From: an uncultured Hyphomicrobiales bacterium
GTDB taxonomy: Bacteria; Pseudomonadota; Alphaproteobacteria; Rhizobiales; Beijerinckiaceae
DNA length: 62,406 bases
Assembly: GCA_903897875.1 (NCBI GenBank)
Contig: CAIUDK010000315.1
Coordinates: forward strand, 1-62,406
Direction of reading: 5' to 3'
The notes beneath the pieces were generated by a model. That model searched no databases, was not told the origin of the DNA, and saw nothing but the letters and a program-made list of their open reading frames with translations. The first letter of the stretch is position 1, and the number at the start of each line of letters is the position of its first letter. The position numbers were made by a program, and so were the translations under genes. Shown one piece after another: positions 30,068 through 39,773 of the stretch.

Positions 30068-30229
30068 ATGAAATTGGTTTCAAACTTTATTGCAAATGAA
30101 GATGGCGTGACCGCAATTGAATACGGTCTCATCGCATCCCTCGTGGCCGTAGCAATTATTGCTGCAATCACCGCATTGGGTTCAAAAATGTCAGGCACAT
30201 TCGCCTCGATCACAGGTAACTTGAAGTAG
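30068..30229 (+). CDS. flp: Flp family type IVb pilin (53 aa)
   Basis: MKLVSNFIANEDG/VTAIEYGLIASLVAVAIIAAI. Shows the G-cleavage site, EY motif and an AGGAGAG RBS. Below the ORF-track cutoff. Confidence 0.95.
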   Translation: MKLVSNFIANEDGVTAIEYGLIASLVAVAIIAAITALGSKMSGTFASITGNLK

Positions 30230-30290
30230 TCGACCCATTGGTCAACTTTCAAAGTTTATCTTGAATGTGACGCGCGGTGCATCGCAGCTT

Positions 30291-30320
30291 AACGGTCTCG
30301 CTTGACGAGACCGTTTTTCT
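30291..30320 (+). terminator. Rho-independent terminator after the pilin
   Basis: AACGGTCTCG-CTTGA-CGAGACCGTT followed by a T run. Confidence 0.8.
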
Positions 30321-30357
30321 TTCGAATGGAGCGGTGTGAACTGCTGACGAGGATTCC

Positions 30358-30870
30358 ATGCCGTTTGGAGAATCTATAGCACTCAATATTTTTCCGGCAT
30401 TGATGATTTATGCGGGTCTCTCAGACTTGTTCAGCATGAAAATATCAAATTGGATTTCCGTTTGCCTCGTCGTTATTTTTTTTCCCCTCGCTTATCTCAT
30501 ACATCTCTCAACAGCTGATCTGATCCAGCATGCTTTGTGCGGACTTTTAGTGCTGGTCGTGACGTTCTTCTTTTTTGCCAGAAGCTGGATTGGCGGCGGA
30601 GACGCAAAAATTGCGTCCGCAACTGCAGTCTGGTTTGGCTGGTCGCTCACATTAGAATATGCGCTTTTGTCGGCTATTATTGGCGGCGTGTTGACGCTTG
30701 GCATTCTCTTGTTCCGTCGCCAAACGCTCCCAGCAAAATTTGCACAGAAAAAATGGATTGCGCGTCTCTATCATCCAGCGACCGGCATCCCTTATGGTAT
30801 CGCGCTGTCTTCGGCCGCTTTCTGGCTTTACCCACAATCAGAAATCTGGGTTTCATTGGTCCAAAAATAA
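30358..30870 (+). CDS. cpaA: Prepilin peptidase CpaA/TadV (A24)
   Basis: SDLFSMKISN, GGGDAK and GIPYGIAL. Confidence 0.92.
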   Translation: MPFGESIALNIFPALMIYAGLSDLFSMKISNWISVCLVVIFFPLAYLIHLSTADLIQHALCGLLVLVVTFFFFARSWIGGGDAKIASATAVWFGWSLTLEYALLSAIIGGVLTLGILLFRRQTLPAKFAQKKWIARLYHPATGIPYGIALSSAAFWLYPQSEIWVSLVQK

Positions 30871-30910
30871 CACACAAAAAATACAGAAATCGCAATTTGG
30901 TCGCAATTGA

Positions 30911-30926
30911 TTAACCCTAACTTGAC
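30911..30926 (+). promoter_or_regulatory. CtrA-box-like site upstream of cpaB
   Basis: TTAA-N7-TTGAC (one mismatch). Confidence 0.5.
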
Positions 30927-30982
30927 CTTTCAATGCTCAAATATCGCTAAGTTAATTTTTCGATTTTTGAGTATTTTTTCCA

Positions 30983-31786
30983 ATGAAAAATTCCCGTTAT
31001 CTTTTTCTCGGCCTCGCCGTTTGCGCTGGTATTTTGGCTTGGATGCTGTCGGGTAGCGATGCACCTCCGCCGCCACCTGTGGCTGTCAATATTGAGGCGC
31101 CTGAGCCTCGCCAAGAGTTGGAAGAGGTTCTGGCCGCATCGCGTCCTATCACAATCGGCGTCGGATTGACCGATGAAGATATGAATTGGATTCAGTGGCC
31201 CCGCTCAGCTGTCGCTGATGGCATGATCGTTCGCTCAAAAACCCCCGATGCCACGCAGGAATTGAAGGGCGCAATTAGCCGGTCCGCCATTTACGCAGGC
31301 GAGCCTATGCGTCGCGAGAAATTGGTTAAGGGTGCAACGGCAGGCTTTATGTCCGCGATTTTGCCAGCGGGCTCACGCGCCATCGCCATTAACATCGACA
31401 CACAAGGATCAACATCAGCGGGTGGTTTTATTCTCCCAAATGATCGCGTTGATATTTTGCAGGTTGGTCGCGATGAAGACGCTGCAAAAGGTGGCGGCGA
31501 AGGCATGGTGACCAATACAATTTTGCAAAACATTCGCGTGCTGGCGATTGGTCAAAATGTTCAAGAAAAAAATGGTGAGAAAGTTGTCGTTGGCTCTACG
31601 GCCACACTAGAAGCCAACGTGCGACAGGCCGAAATTTTGGCGCTGGCTCAACGTCAAGGTCAGCTCACTCTTGTATTGCGAAGCATTTATGACTCAAAAC
31701 CCGAGGCACAAGAATCCACCACAAGAGATTCAAACTCTTTCACAATTGTGCGGTTTGGTGTCGTTTCAACAGTTGGGAGACGCTAA
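30983..31786 (+). CDS. cpaB: Flp pilus assembly protein CpaB/RcpC
   Basis: SAF-like domain, AGGFILPNDRVD and NIRVLAIGQ. Confidence 0.93.
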   Translation: MKNSRYLFLGLAVCAGILAWMLSGSDAPPPPPVAVNIEAPEPRQELEEVLAASRPITIGVGLTDEDMNWIQWPRSAVADGMIVRSKTPDATQELKGAISRSAIYAGEPMRREKLVKGATAGFMSAILPAGSRAIAINIDTQGSTSAGGFILPNDRVDILQVGRDEDAAKGGGEGMVTNTILQNIRVLAIGQNVQEKNGEKVVVGSTATLEANVRQAEILALAQRQGQLTLVLRSIYDSKPEAQESTTRDSNSFTIVRFGVVSTVGRR

Positions 31787-31787
31787 C

Positions 31788-33266
31788 GTGTTTTCTTCTA
31801 GAAAATATACCCGCATGTTTGGGTTCCCCATCGTAGCCGCTCTTTCCATGTTGCTCTTGTCAGTGACAGATCAAAACGTAGCGCACGCACAGGGCGCGCC
31901 TGCGCCAGCAGCTGCTGCTCAAGCGGGACAAAAGTCGCAAGAGGGCGCAGATTCTCGCCGTATCAATTTGGGCGTTGGCAAATCAGTGATCGTTGATTTG
32001 CCGCGTGATGCCTCTGAAATCTTTATTGCTGATCCCAAAGTGGTCACAGCAATTGTGCGCTCTGCGCGCAAGCTCTACATCATTGCCAACACGGGCGGCC
32101 AGACAAGTGTGTTTGCGCTTGATCCGCAAGGCAATCGCATTGCGTCGTTGGAGATCACTGTGGGCCGCGATATTGCGGAGCTTTTGCAGATTCTCAAAAC
32201 TGCAATGCCCAACACAAACATCATTCCAAAAACGGTGAATGACACAATCATCCTGACAGGCACGGTTGATTCTGCCTCCGATGCGCAGGTTGCTGTCGAT
32301 ATCGCAAAGGGCTTTGTGACACTGGCATCAAGTGTGCCGGGCGCCCCCACCTCGGGCACAGTCGTGAATTCGATTGTGATCAAGGGCCGCGATCAAGTGA
32401 TGCTCAAAGTGACCATTGCAGAAGTTCAGCGCAATGTGATGAAACAATTGGGTGTGACCAACGCAATTGCACGTGGCAATTGGGGTTCGATTTCTTTGGG
32501 AAATTCACTCACCAATCAGTTGACGACCGGCGGCATTCCATTGGGCAGCTACGATGCAGCTTCTGCCGTTGGTTCAGTTGTGAATGGGTTGGCGGGCCAG
32601 CTCCAAGTTTATGAGCGCCAAGGGGTTGCCAAAGTTTTGGCTGAGCCAACTGTGACGGCTGTGTCTGGTGAAAATGCAAAGTTCACAGCTGGCGGTGAAA
32701 TTCCTGTACCGGGCAGTCAGAGCTGCACGGGTGGTGTGTGTACCACTGGCGTGAATTTCAAACCCTATGGTGTCACGCTGAATTTCTCTCCCGTTGTTTT
32801 ATCCGAGGGCAAGATTCTACTGCGCATTGCGACAGAGGTCACGGAAATTGATCCCACAGCAACGTTTTCATTCAATACAGTGAGCGTGTCTGGATTTCGG
32901 ACACGCAAAAATGAAACCACCGTTGAATTGCCATCGGGCGGATCCATTGCAACAGCTGGTTTGATTCAAACAACATCACGCGCCACGATCAATGGAATTC
33001 CTGGCTTGATGAATCTGCCTGTATTGGGTGCCTTGTTTCGATCACGTGAATATCAGCGTCAAGAAACGGAACTCATGATTATTGTGACGCCCTATATCGC
33101 AAAGCCTGTGGCGCCAAATGAATTGTCACGTCCTGGTGATGGATTTGCAGATGCCAGCGATCCACAAGCTGTCTTTTTGGGCCGCGTGAATCGCGTGTAT
33201 TCGTCTTCGTCAAATCCTGAGGCCTTGGGCAAATATAACGGACCGGTTGGTTTCATAAACGACTAA
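31788..33266 (+). CDS. cpaC: Secretin CpaC/RcpA
   Basis: QVMLKVTIAEV, LAEPTVTAVSGE, GGEIP, LPVLGALFRS and ETELMIIVTPY. GTG 31788 follows GGGAGA. Confidence 0.92.
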   Translation: MFSSRKYTRMFGFPIVAALSMLLLSVTDQNVAHAQGAPAPAAAAQAGQKSQEGADSRRINLGVGKSVIVDLPRDASEIFIADPKVVTAIVRSARKLYIIANTGGQTSVFALDPQGNRIASLEITVGRDIAELLQILKTAMPNTNIIPKTVNDTIILTGTVDSASDAQVAVDIAKGFVTLASSVPGAPTSGTVVNSIVIKGRDQVMLKVTIAEVQRNVMKQLGVTNAIARGNWGSISLGNSLTNQLTTGGIPLGSYDAASAVGSVVNGLAGQLQVYERQGVAKVLAEPTVTAVSGENAKFTAGGEIPVPGSQSCTGGVCTTGVNFKPYGVTLNFSPVVLSEGKILLRIATEVTEIDPTATFSFNTVSVSGFRTRKNETTVELPSGGSIATAGLIQTTSRATINGIPGLMNLPVLGALFRSREYQRQETELMIIVTPYIAKPVAPNELSRPGDGFADASDPQAVFLGRVNRVYSSSSNPEALGKYNGPVGFIND

Positions 33267-33293
33267 ATTCAAGTTTGGTTGATTGGAGTAATT

Positions 33294-34037
33294 ATGTTTC
33301 AGCGATTTTTGAGCCCTATGGGCACTGATATATTTTCCACATACAAGAGAGCAGCGCTGTGTGCAGTGATGCTGACGACGGCTGCACTCGTATCTGGTTG
33401 TAGCAAGCAAGATATTCCAACGGGCTCTGTTCCGCGCGGTTACGAGCAGCGCTTCCCGATTCTCATCACGAATGCACCGATCATTGTTGATCTTTATCTT
33501 GGCGCTGCGGGCTTTGATGTCCCTAATATTGACCGTGTTCGTGGATTTGCATCTCTGCACCGCGAAAAAAACGGTGGACCCGTCGATATTAATTTCCCAC
33601 GCAATGCCGCGCTGAGCCCGCGCACGCCTTCAATTGTTGCTGCGATTGAGAATTTGCTGGTGGCAAATAACATTCGCGTGCCCGTGAAGGTCAGGTTCTA
33701 TGATGCAGCCGATGAGCGCACGCTGGCTCCCATTCGACTTTCATTCGTGGCTTTGAAGGCAAAAGTGGCTGGCAAATGTGGTGAATGGCCTGAAGATATG
33801 GTGTCGGGTGATTCATTGAAGGGTTGGAGCAATCGGAATTATCACGATTATGGCTGTTCCTATCAAAACATGATTGCAGCCCAAACAGCTGATCCAAGCG
33901 ACCTTATGTCGCCCCGCGCCGATGGCAATTCCGACATCATCATGCGCACACGCGCGATTGAAAAAGTCCGCGCAGGTTCCGATCCTTCGACCGGTTGGGC
34001 AGTTAAAAATAGCAATATTGGCGGAGCAGGGAGCTAG
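33294..34037 (+). CDS. cpaD: Pilus assembly lipoprotein CpaD
   Basis: LVSGC lipobox, CGEWPED and GCSYQNMIAAQTADPSDL. Position after cpaC. Confidence 0.88.
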   Translation: MFQRFLSPMGTDIFSTYKRAALCAVMLTTAALVSGCSKQDIPTGSVPRGYEQRFPILITNAPIIVDLYLGAAGFDVPNIDRVRGFASLHREKNGGPVDINFPRNAALSPRTPSIVAAIENLLVANNIRVPVKVRFYDAADERTLAPIRLSFVALKAKVAGKCGEWPEDMVSGDSLKGWSNRNYHDYGCSYQNMIAAQTADPSDLMSPRADGNSDIIMRTRAIEKVRAGSDPSTGWAVKNSNIGGAGS

Positions 34038-34039
34038 TC

Positions 34040-35257
34040 ATGAAAGAGAGAATATTGGCTCCACTTCCAAGGGTCTCAATTCAGGTGTTTTGCGAGAGCC
34101 AGCAGGTTGCCTCGTTCATACAGGAGCTGACCAAAGACCGGCGCATGATGCGGATTCAGCTTAAGATTCACATGGGCGGCATTGATGCTGCCGTTGAAGC
34201 CTATCGTCAAGCGCCAACACCCAATGTCATCATCATTGAAACGGCTTCCACACGCGAGCATCTGATTAATCAGCTCGACGTCCTCGCCGAATATTGTGAC
34301 TCGGGCACAAAAGTTGTCGTGATTGGCAAGTCGAATGACATCGTTCTCTATCGAGAATTGCGCGCGCGCGGCGTGAGCGAATATCTTGTCCAGCCGCTTC
34401 AGCCGATTGATTTTATATCAGCCCTGTCAGATCTCTTTGGTGAAACGGGTGTGCGCAATATTGGTCGCATCTTATCCTTCTTTGGTGCCAAGGGCGGCGT
34501 TGGCGCGTCGACCATTGCGCATAACGTTGCTTGGACGATGGCCAACCAAACAAATACGCAAGCGTCGGTTCTCGATCTTGATTTTGGTTTTGGCACAGCT
34601 GGCTTGAATTTCAATCAGGATCCAAGCGTCACTCTGGGCGATGTCTTGCGCAATCTAGATCGCGTGGACAGCAATACAATCGATCGCTTGTTAGTGAGCT
34701 GTGGTGATAAATTGAATCTAGCGGTAGCGCCTGCGCTGCTTGATCGCACTTATGATTTCAATGAGGGTGATTTTGATCAATTACTCGACGCAGTCCGCTC
34801 ATTAGTGCCCTTGGTGGTTTTAGATGTGCCACATGTGTGGAGCGCCTGGAGTCGCCGCACGCTTGTTGCGTCCGACGAGCTGATCATTGTGGCCGCACCT
34901 GATCTGGCCAATTTGCGCAATGCAAGAAACATTATTGATGTGATGCGTAATGCGCGGCCAAATGATCAAGCGCCTAAGCTAATTCTCAATATGACCAATG
35001 TGCAAAAGCGACCCGAGATTAGCGTTGAGGACTTTAGCCGCGCGCTCGAGCTTACGCCATTGAGTGTCATTCCCTATGACGCCAAGTTATTTGGAACAGC
35101 GGCTAACAATGGTCAGATGATTTCGGAAGTTGATCAAAGCAACAAAACCTTTCAACAGATCGCCGAAGCCTTGACTGGTAAGGCGGAAGCCGAGAAGCCG
35201 AAGAAGAGCTTTCTTGATCCATTCTTCCAAAAATTATCGAAGTCCAAAGCCTCTTGA
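34040..35257 (+). CDS. cpaE: CpaE/TadZ receiver-like + MinD/ParA ATPase
   Basis: NDIVLYREL, GAKGGVGAST and FGTAANNGQMI. Confidence 0.92.
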   Translation: MKERILAPLPRVSIQVFCESQQVASFIQELTKDRRMMRIQLKIHMGGIDAAVEAYRQAPTPNVIIIETASTREHLINQLDVLAEYCDSGTKVVVIGKSNDIVLYRELRARGVSEYLVQPLQPIDFISALSDLFGETGVRNIGRILSFFGAKGGVGASTIAHNVAWTMANQTNTQASVLDLDFGFGTAGLNFNQDPSVTLGDVLRNLDRVDSNTIDRLLVSCGDKLNLAVAPALLDRTYDFNEGDFDQLLDAVRSLVPLVVLDVPHVWSAWSRRTLVASDELIIVAAPDLANLRNARNIIDVMRNARPNDQAPKLILNMTNVQKRPEISVEDFSRALELTPLSVIPYDAKLFGTAANNGQMISEVDQSNKTFQQIAEALTGKAEAEKPKKSFLDPFFQKLSKSKAS

Positions 35258-35290
35258 ATTCCGCAAGGCGGCTCAGAATTTTGAAGAGAG

Positions 35291-36727
35291 ATGCATTCGA
35301 TGTTTGGTAAGCGCTCAAGTATGATTAGCCCTGCGGCCGTGCCAGCGTCGGCGCCCCCAACTACCGCTCCGCAGACGTCCGCGTCTGCGGCAAGTGCGCC
35401 GGCCGTTGAGCGCAATCGGCCAAGCGAGCCTGATAATGCACCAGCCAAATCCCAAGATTATTATGTTACCAAGGGCAAGATTTTTGCCTCGCTGATCGAC
35501 ATTATCGATATGGGACAGTTTTCCAAACTGGATCCAGCGAGCGCGCGCGAAGAGATTCGCGACACTTTGCATGAGATTATCTCCGTCAAAAATTATCCGC
35601 TTTCCATCGCAGACCAGGAAGATTTGCTGGATGATATTTGCAATGACGTCCTCGGCTTAGGTCCGTTGGAGCCCTTGATCGCACGCGACGATATTGCCGA
35701 TATTATGGTCAATGGGGCCGAGAAAACTTACATCGAAGTGAATGGCAAAATCCAACTCACCAATATTCGCTTTCGAGACAACCAGCAGCTTTTGAATATC
35801 TGCCAAAGAATTGTGAGCCAAGTTGGCCGACGCGTTGATGAATCCTCACCAATCTGCGATGCGCGTCTTCTTGATGGCTCTCGCGTTAATGTGATTGCGC
35901 CACCATTGGCCATTGACGGCCCTGCGCTCACGATTCGAAAATTTCGAAAAGATAAATTGACGCTTGATCAATTGGTCAAGTTCGGAGCGATCAGTCCCCC
36001 GGGGGCCGAAATTTTGAAAATCATTGGTCGCGTGCGATGCAATGTTTTGATCTCTGGCGGTACGGGTTCTGGCAAGACAACGCTGCTCAATTGCTTGACC
36101 AATTACATTGATGGCGACGAGCGCATTATTACCTGTGAAGATGCGGCAGAATTGCAATTGCAGCAATCACATGTTGTGCGTCTCGAAACACGCCCGCCAA
36201 ATCTTGAGGGCACTGGCGCCATTCTGATGCGCGATCTCATCAAGAATTGCCTGCGTATGCGACCAGAGCGGATCATCGTGGGTGAGGTGCGTGGACCAGA
36301 GGCATTCGATCTGCTCCAAGCGATGAACACGGGCCATGATGGTTCGATGGGAACATTGCACGCCAACTCGCCGCGTGAAGCGCTGAGCCGAATGGAATCC
36401 ATGATTACGATGGGTGGTTACGGCCTACCAGCACGCACCATTCGCGAAATGATTTCGGGCTCGGTCGATGTCATCGTGCAAGCATCGCGTCTGCGCGACG
36501 GGTCTCGACGGATCACGCATGTGACAGAAATTCTTGGCATGGAAGGCGAAGTGATCACGACGCAAGATCTCATTGTCTACGATATTATTTCCGAAGATGC
36601 GCAAGGCAAATTGAAGGGTCAGCATCGCTCGACGGGTGTTGGTAAGCCACGGTTTAATGAGCGTGCGCGGTATTATGGCGAAGAGGCACGATTGGCTGCA
36701 GCACTTGATGCGTTAGATGGTCTTTAA
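35291..36727 (+). CDS. cpaF: Pilus assembly ATPase CpaF/TadA
   Basis: [24 protein letters not shown] and MNTGHDGS. Confidence 0.96.
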   Translation: MHSMFGKRSSMISPAAVPASAPPTTAPQTSASAASAPAVERNRPSEPDNAPAKSQDYYVTKGKIFASLIDIIDMGQFSKLDPASAREEIRDTLHEIISVKNYPLSIADQEDLLDDICNDVLGLGPLEPLIARDDIADIMVNGAEKTYIEVNGKIQLTNIRFRDNQQLLNICQRIVSQVGRRVDESSPICDARLLDGSRVNVIAPPLAIDGPALTIRKFRKDKLTLDQLVKFGAISPPGAEILKIIGRVRCNVLISGGTGSGKTTLLNCLTNYIDGDERIITCEDAAELQLQQSHVVRLETRPPNLEGTGAILMRDLIKNCLRMRPERIIVGEVRGPEAFDLLQAMNTGHDGSMGTLHANSPREALSRMESMITMGGYGLPARTIREMISGSVDVIVQASRLRDGSRRITHVTEILGMEGEVITTQDLIVYDIISEDAQGKLKGQHRSTGVGKPRFNERARYYGEEARLAAALDALDGL

Positions 36728-36741
36728 GGTGGAGATCTAAG

Positions 36742-37707
36742 ATGGCATTGAAATCTTTGATTGTCGGTATTTTAGGAATGGCTGCCGCAGGCGGTGCTTT
36801 TTATGCCCTGTTTGACAAGGACGTTAAAAATAAAGAGCTCGTCTTAAAGCGTGTGAAATCCATGTCCAAGTCAAGCCGCGTGCGCTCCTTGGAAACGGAA
36901 AATCAAAACCGTCGCAAGCAAGTCTCGGATCATCTCAAAGCGCTGGAAGCAGGCAAGGCAGTTAGTCTCACGTTGAATGAACGCTTGGCCCAAGCAGGGT
37001 TAGAGATTGATAAGAAGGGCTATCTCATAGGCTGCTGCGTGGTTGGCCTTGTTGGTTTGGTGCTTGGTCTCTTTCTCTTTGGAAACTTCTTTTTTGCAGT
37101 TTGTTTTGCAGCCGTCTTGGGTGTCGGCTTTCCTCAATGGCTCGTTGGCCATCTGATTGCTAAACGCTTTCGGAAATTTGAAGAGGATTTTCCGAGCTCC
37201 TTAGATGTGATTGTGCGCGGCGTGAAAGCCGGCTTGCCATTTTCTGAATGTATAAAAATTATTTCCCAAGAGTCCGAAGAGCCAATCAGGGGCGAAATTC
37301 GCCAATTGATTGAGGCACAAGGCATGGGAATATCGCTCAGTGAAGCGATCGACCGCATGGCAAAAAATATTCCCATTCAAGAGGTCAAGTTCTTTTCTAT
37401 CGTGATTGCGATTCAGCAAAAGACGGGTGGCAGTCTTGCCGATTCACTGTCCAATCTTTCGCGTATTCTGCGTGATCGGAAAAGAATGCGACAGAAGATT
37501 TTGTCCATGTCTTCGGAAGCAAAATCCTCGGCTATGATTATTGGCTCGATGCCGATTGTTGTGGCGCTCTTGTTGACGGTCACAGCGCCCGAGTATGTGA
37601 GCCTGCTTTGGACGACTTCGACAGGGCAGGTCGCACTTGTGATCTCCGGCATCTGGATGGCGATCGGAATTTTCGTGATGAAACAAATTATCAACTTCGA
37701 CTTTTAG
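36742..37707 (+). CDS. tadB: TadB (T2SS F family)
   Basis: RGVKAGLP, IQQKTGGSL and SSEAKSSA. Confidence 0.92.
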   Translation: MALKSLIVGILGMAAAGGAFYALFDKDVKNKELVLKRVKSMSKSSRVRSLETENQNRRKQVSDHLKALEAGKAVSLTLNERLAQAGLEIDKKGYLIGCCVVGLVGLVLGLFLFGNFFFAVCFAAVLGVGFPQWLVGHLIAKRFRKFEEDFPSSLDVIVRGVKAGLPFSECIKIISQESEEPIRGEIRQLIEAQGMGISLSEAIDRMAKNIPIQEVKFFSIVIAIQQKTGGSLADSLSNLSRILRDRKRMRQKILSMSSEAKSSAMIIGSMPIVVALLLTVTAPEYVSLLWTTSTGQVALVISGIWMAIGIFVMKQIINFDF

Positions 37708-37715
37708 AGCATCAA

Positions 37716-38666
37716 ATGGACTTTTTGACTCCTCAGACACTTGTGCGGTTTTTGTTGGTGATTGCAGCTTTTGCTTCGGTCATATCTCTGACATTTCCCT
37801 ATATGACAGATAATACGCTGCAGTCGCGGATGAAGTCCGTGGCGCTTGAACGCGAGCGGCTGCGTTTGGCTGAGCGTCAGCGGGCCGGAGTGCCTCCCAA
37901 AGCCACACGTTTTATGCATCTGGTCCAACAGATCGTTCGATCTTTGGACTTGAGAAAATGGTTAGGTGAGGAGCAAACAAAGGCGCAATTGTCTCTGGCA
38001 GGGTTTCGCGGAACGCAGGCTGAGATTGTGTTTCTTTTCTTCAGGGCCGTCATGCCCATTGGGCTGGCGATTGTCACGACGACCTATGTCTTCTTTGTGC
38101 TGGATTTGAAATATACATTAATGGTCAAAATAATGATCGTTCTTGTGAGCGCCTATATTGGCTTCAAATTGCCGGGTGTCTTTCTCACCAACACAATCAC
38201 CAAACGACAATTATCACTCAAGCGCGCAGCGCCTGATATGATCGATCTGTTGTTGATATGTTTGGAATCTGGCGTGTCTCTTGAGCTGGCATTCCAGCGT
38301 GTCGGTGTTGAAGTGGGTGCGCAATCGGTCCCCATGGCAGAAGAAATTGCGCTCACACTGGCAGAGATGTCTTATCTGCCCGATCGGCGCACTGCCTTTC
38401 AGAATTTGGTCAAGCGCACAGAAATTGATTCCATCAAGCAAGTTGTCACTGTGCTGATCCAGTCTGAAAAATACGGCACTTCGCTTGCGCACGCGCTGCG
38501 CACGGTTGCCGATGAAAGCCGCTCATCGCGCATGATGGAAGCCGAAAAAAAGGCGGCTGCTTTGCCGCCGAAATTGACTGTGCCGATGATTGTGTTTTTT
38601 CTGCCGGTTCTGTTTGCAATCATCATCACGCCAGCCGCCATTCAGATTGCGGGCGCAACAAAATAG
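37716..38666 (+). CDS. tadC: TadC (T2SS F family)
   Basis: DLLLICLESG, QSEKYGT and AEKKAAALPPKLTVPMI. Confidence 0.92.
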   Translation: MDFLTPQTLVRFLLVIAAFASVISLTFPYMTDNTLQSRMKSVALERERLRLAERQRAGVPPKATRFMHLVQQIVRSLDLRKWLGEEQTKAQLSLAGFRGTQAEIVFLFFRAVMPIGLAIVTTTYVFFVLDLKYTLMVKIMIVLVSAYIGFKLPGVFLTNTITKRQLSLKRAAPDMIDLLLICLESGVSLELAFQRVGVEVGAQSVPMAEEIALTLAEMSYLPDRRTAFQNLVKRTEIDSIKQVVTVLIQSEKYGTSLAHALRTVADESRSSRMMEAEKKAAALPPKLTVPMIVFFLPVLFAIIITPAAIQIAGATK

Positions 38667-38686
38667 TCAGTTGTCATTCGGGCAAT

Positions 38687-38726
38687 AAAAAAGGCTGAGG
38701 TTGGTTTACCCAATCTCAGCCTTTTT
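38687..38726. terminator. Bidirectional terminator between tadC and tadD
   Basis: AAAAAGGCTGAG..CTCAGCCTTTTT. Confidence 0.8.
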
Positions 38727-38742
38727 AGTGTGATGGTCTTGC

Positions 38743-39594
38743 CTAGTGTTGTTGAGCGGTTTGGTCTGCATCCAGTTTCGCCATATCGCGCCAGCTGTTT
38801 GTCTGGGTCATCGTTTTGCGAATGGCGTTCACATTGGCGGCCGCATCGACGTTGGATAAATCCCGCGAGCCAATCGCCTCCGCCTCTTTGAATTTTCCTT
38901 CGAGAGCCAGAACCAAAGCCAGATTTTGACGCATGCGCATATCAGAGCGTGGGTTTGCGACGGCGCGTTGCAGAGCTGCCTCAGCATTTTTCAAATCTTT
39001 TGACAGCGCGTAAGATAGGCCCAAATTTGATAGGATTGAGGGTTCTTCGGGCATGATCTTGAGTGCCGAAAGATAATAGTTTTGGGCCGTTGTGTGTTCA
39101 CCCATGCGATCTGCAATGGAGCCTTGTGCAGAGAGCACAGACCAATTGGGACGTTCGGGCGTGTGTGAACGCGAAAGCACTTCAGCCGCTTCTGGCAAGC
39201 GGCCCGCGTCTGCGAGCGCCTTCCCGTAAGCTGCCATCAATTCCAAATCTGTCGGATTGGCAAGAAGTGTGGTTTGAAGCACGGCAACAGCTTGCGCATA
39301 TTGCGTCAAGCTACGCAGGCCACGGGCGTAATTGATGGATGCTATTTTGTCTTTGGGGTTTTTCTCATAGCGCGCACCCCAATCTTCCGTGGATTTACGC
39401 AAATCGTTTGCCGGCGCGCGTTGTGGCGAAGGTGCAGATTGAGCGGTGATGCTGTTTGTGACATCTTTGAAATCAAATTTGCTGCAAGCTGTCAGCGGAC
39501 CTGTGAGAACGAGGGCTCCGGCAAGCAGGGCAAATCGCGAGATAGGACCAACGCCAATATGGCTGGCACGGCTTTGAAACTGGGCACTCAACAT
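38743..39594 (-). CDS. tadD: TPR lipoprotein TadD/CpaO (pilotin-like)
   Basis: LTAC lipobox, TPR repeats, LSNLGLSYAL and RQNLALVL. Convergent on tadC. Confidence 0.85.
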   Translation of the reverse strand: MLSAQFQSRASHIGVGPISRFALLAGALVLTGPLTACSKFDFKDVTNSITAQSAPSPQRAPANDLRKSTEDWGARYEKNPKDKIASINYARGLRSLTQYAQAVAVLQTTLLANPTDLELMAAYGKALADAGRLPEAAEVLSRSHTPERPNWSVLSAQGSIADRMGEHTTAQNYYLSALKIMPEEPSILSNLGLSYALSKDLKNAEAALQRAVANPRSDMRMRQNLALVLALEGKFKEAEAIGSRDLSNVDAAANVNAIRKTMTQTNSWRDMAKLDADQTAQQH

Positions 39595-39646
39595 GGGAAG
39601 CCTTACAAAGAACTAGAACAATGGCTTTGAGCAATAAAGAATTAAG

Positions 39647-39662
39647 GCTAATACTGCGTTAA
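39647..39662 (-). promoter_or_regulatory. CtrA-box-like site upstream of tadD
   Basis: Minus strand TTAA-N7-TTAGC (one mismatch). Confidence 0.45.
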
Positions 39663-39773
39663 ATGCGCAATTGAGATAGGAGCTGGACTGTCTCATATTC
39701 GATCAACTCTCTTAAGTTCCACACACTCTTCGATTCCACACGCACTTCAATTCCACATACGGGCAGAGACCAT

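Noticed and set aside
30055-30252. 65-aa minus strand ORF
   Set aside because: Antisense to the real Flp pilin.
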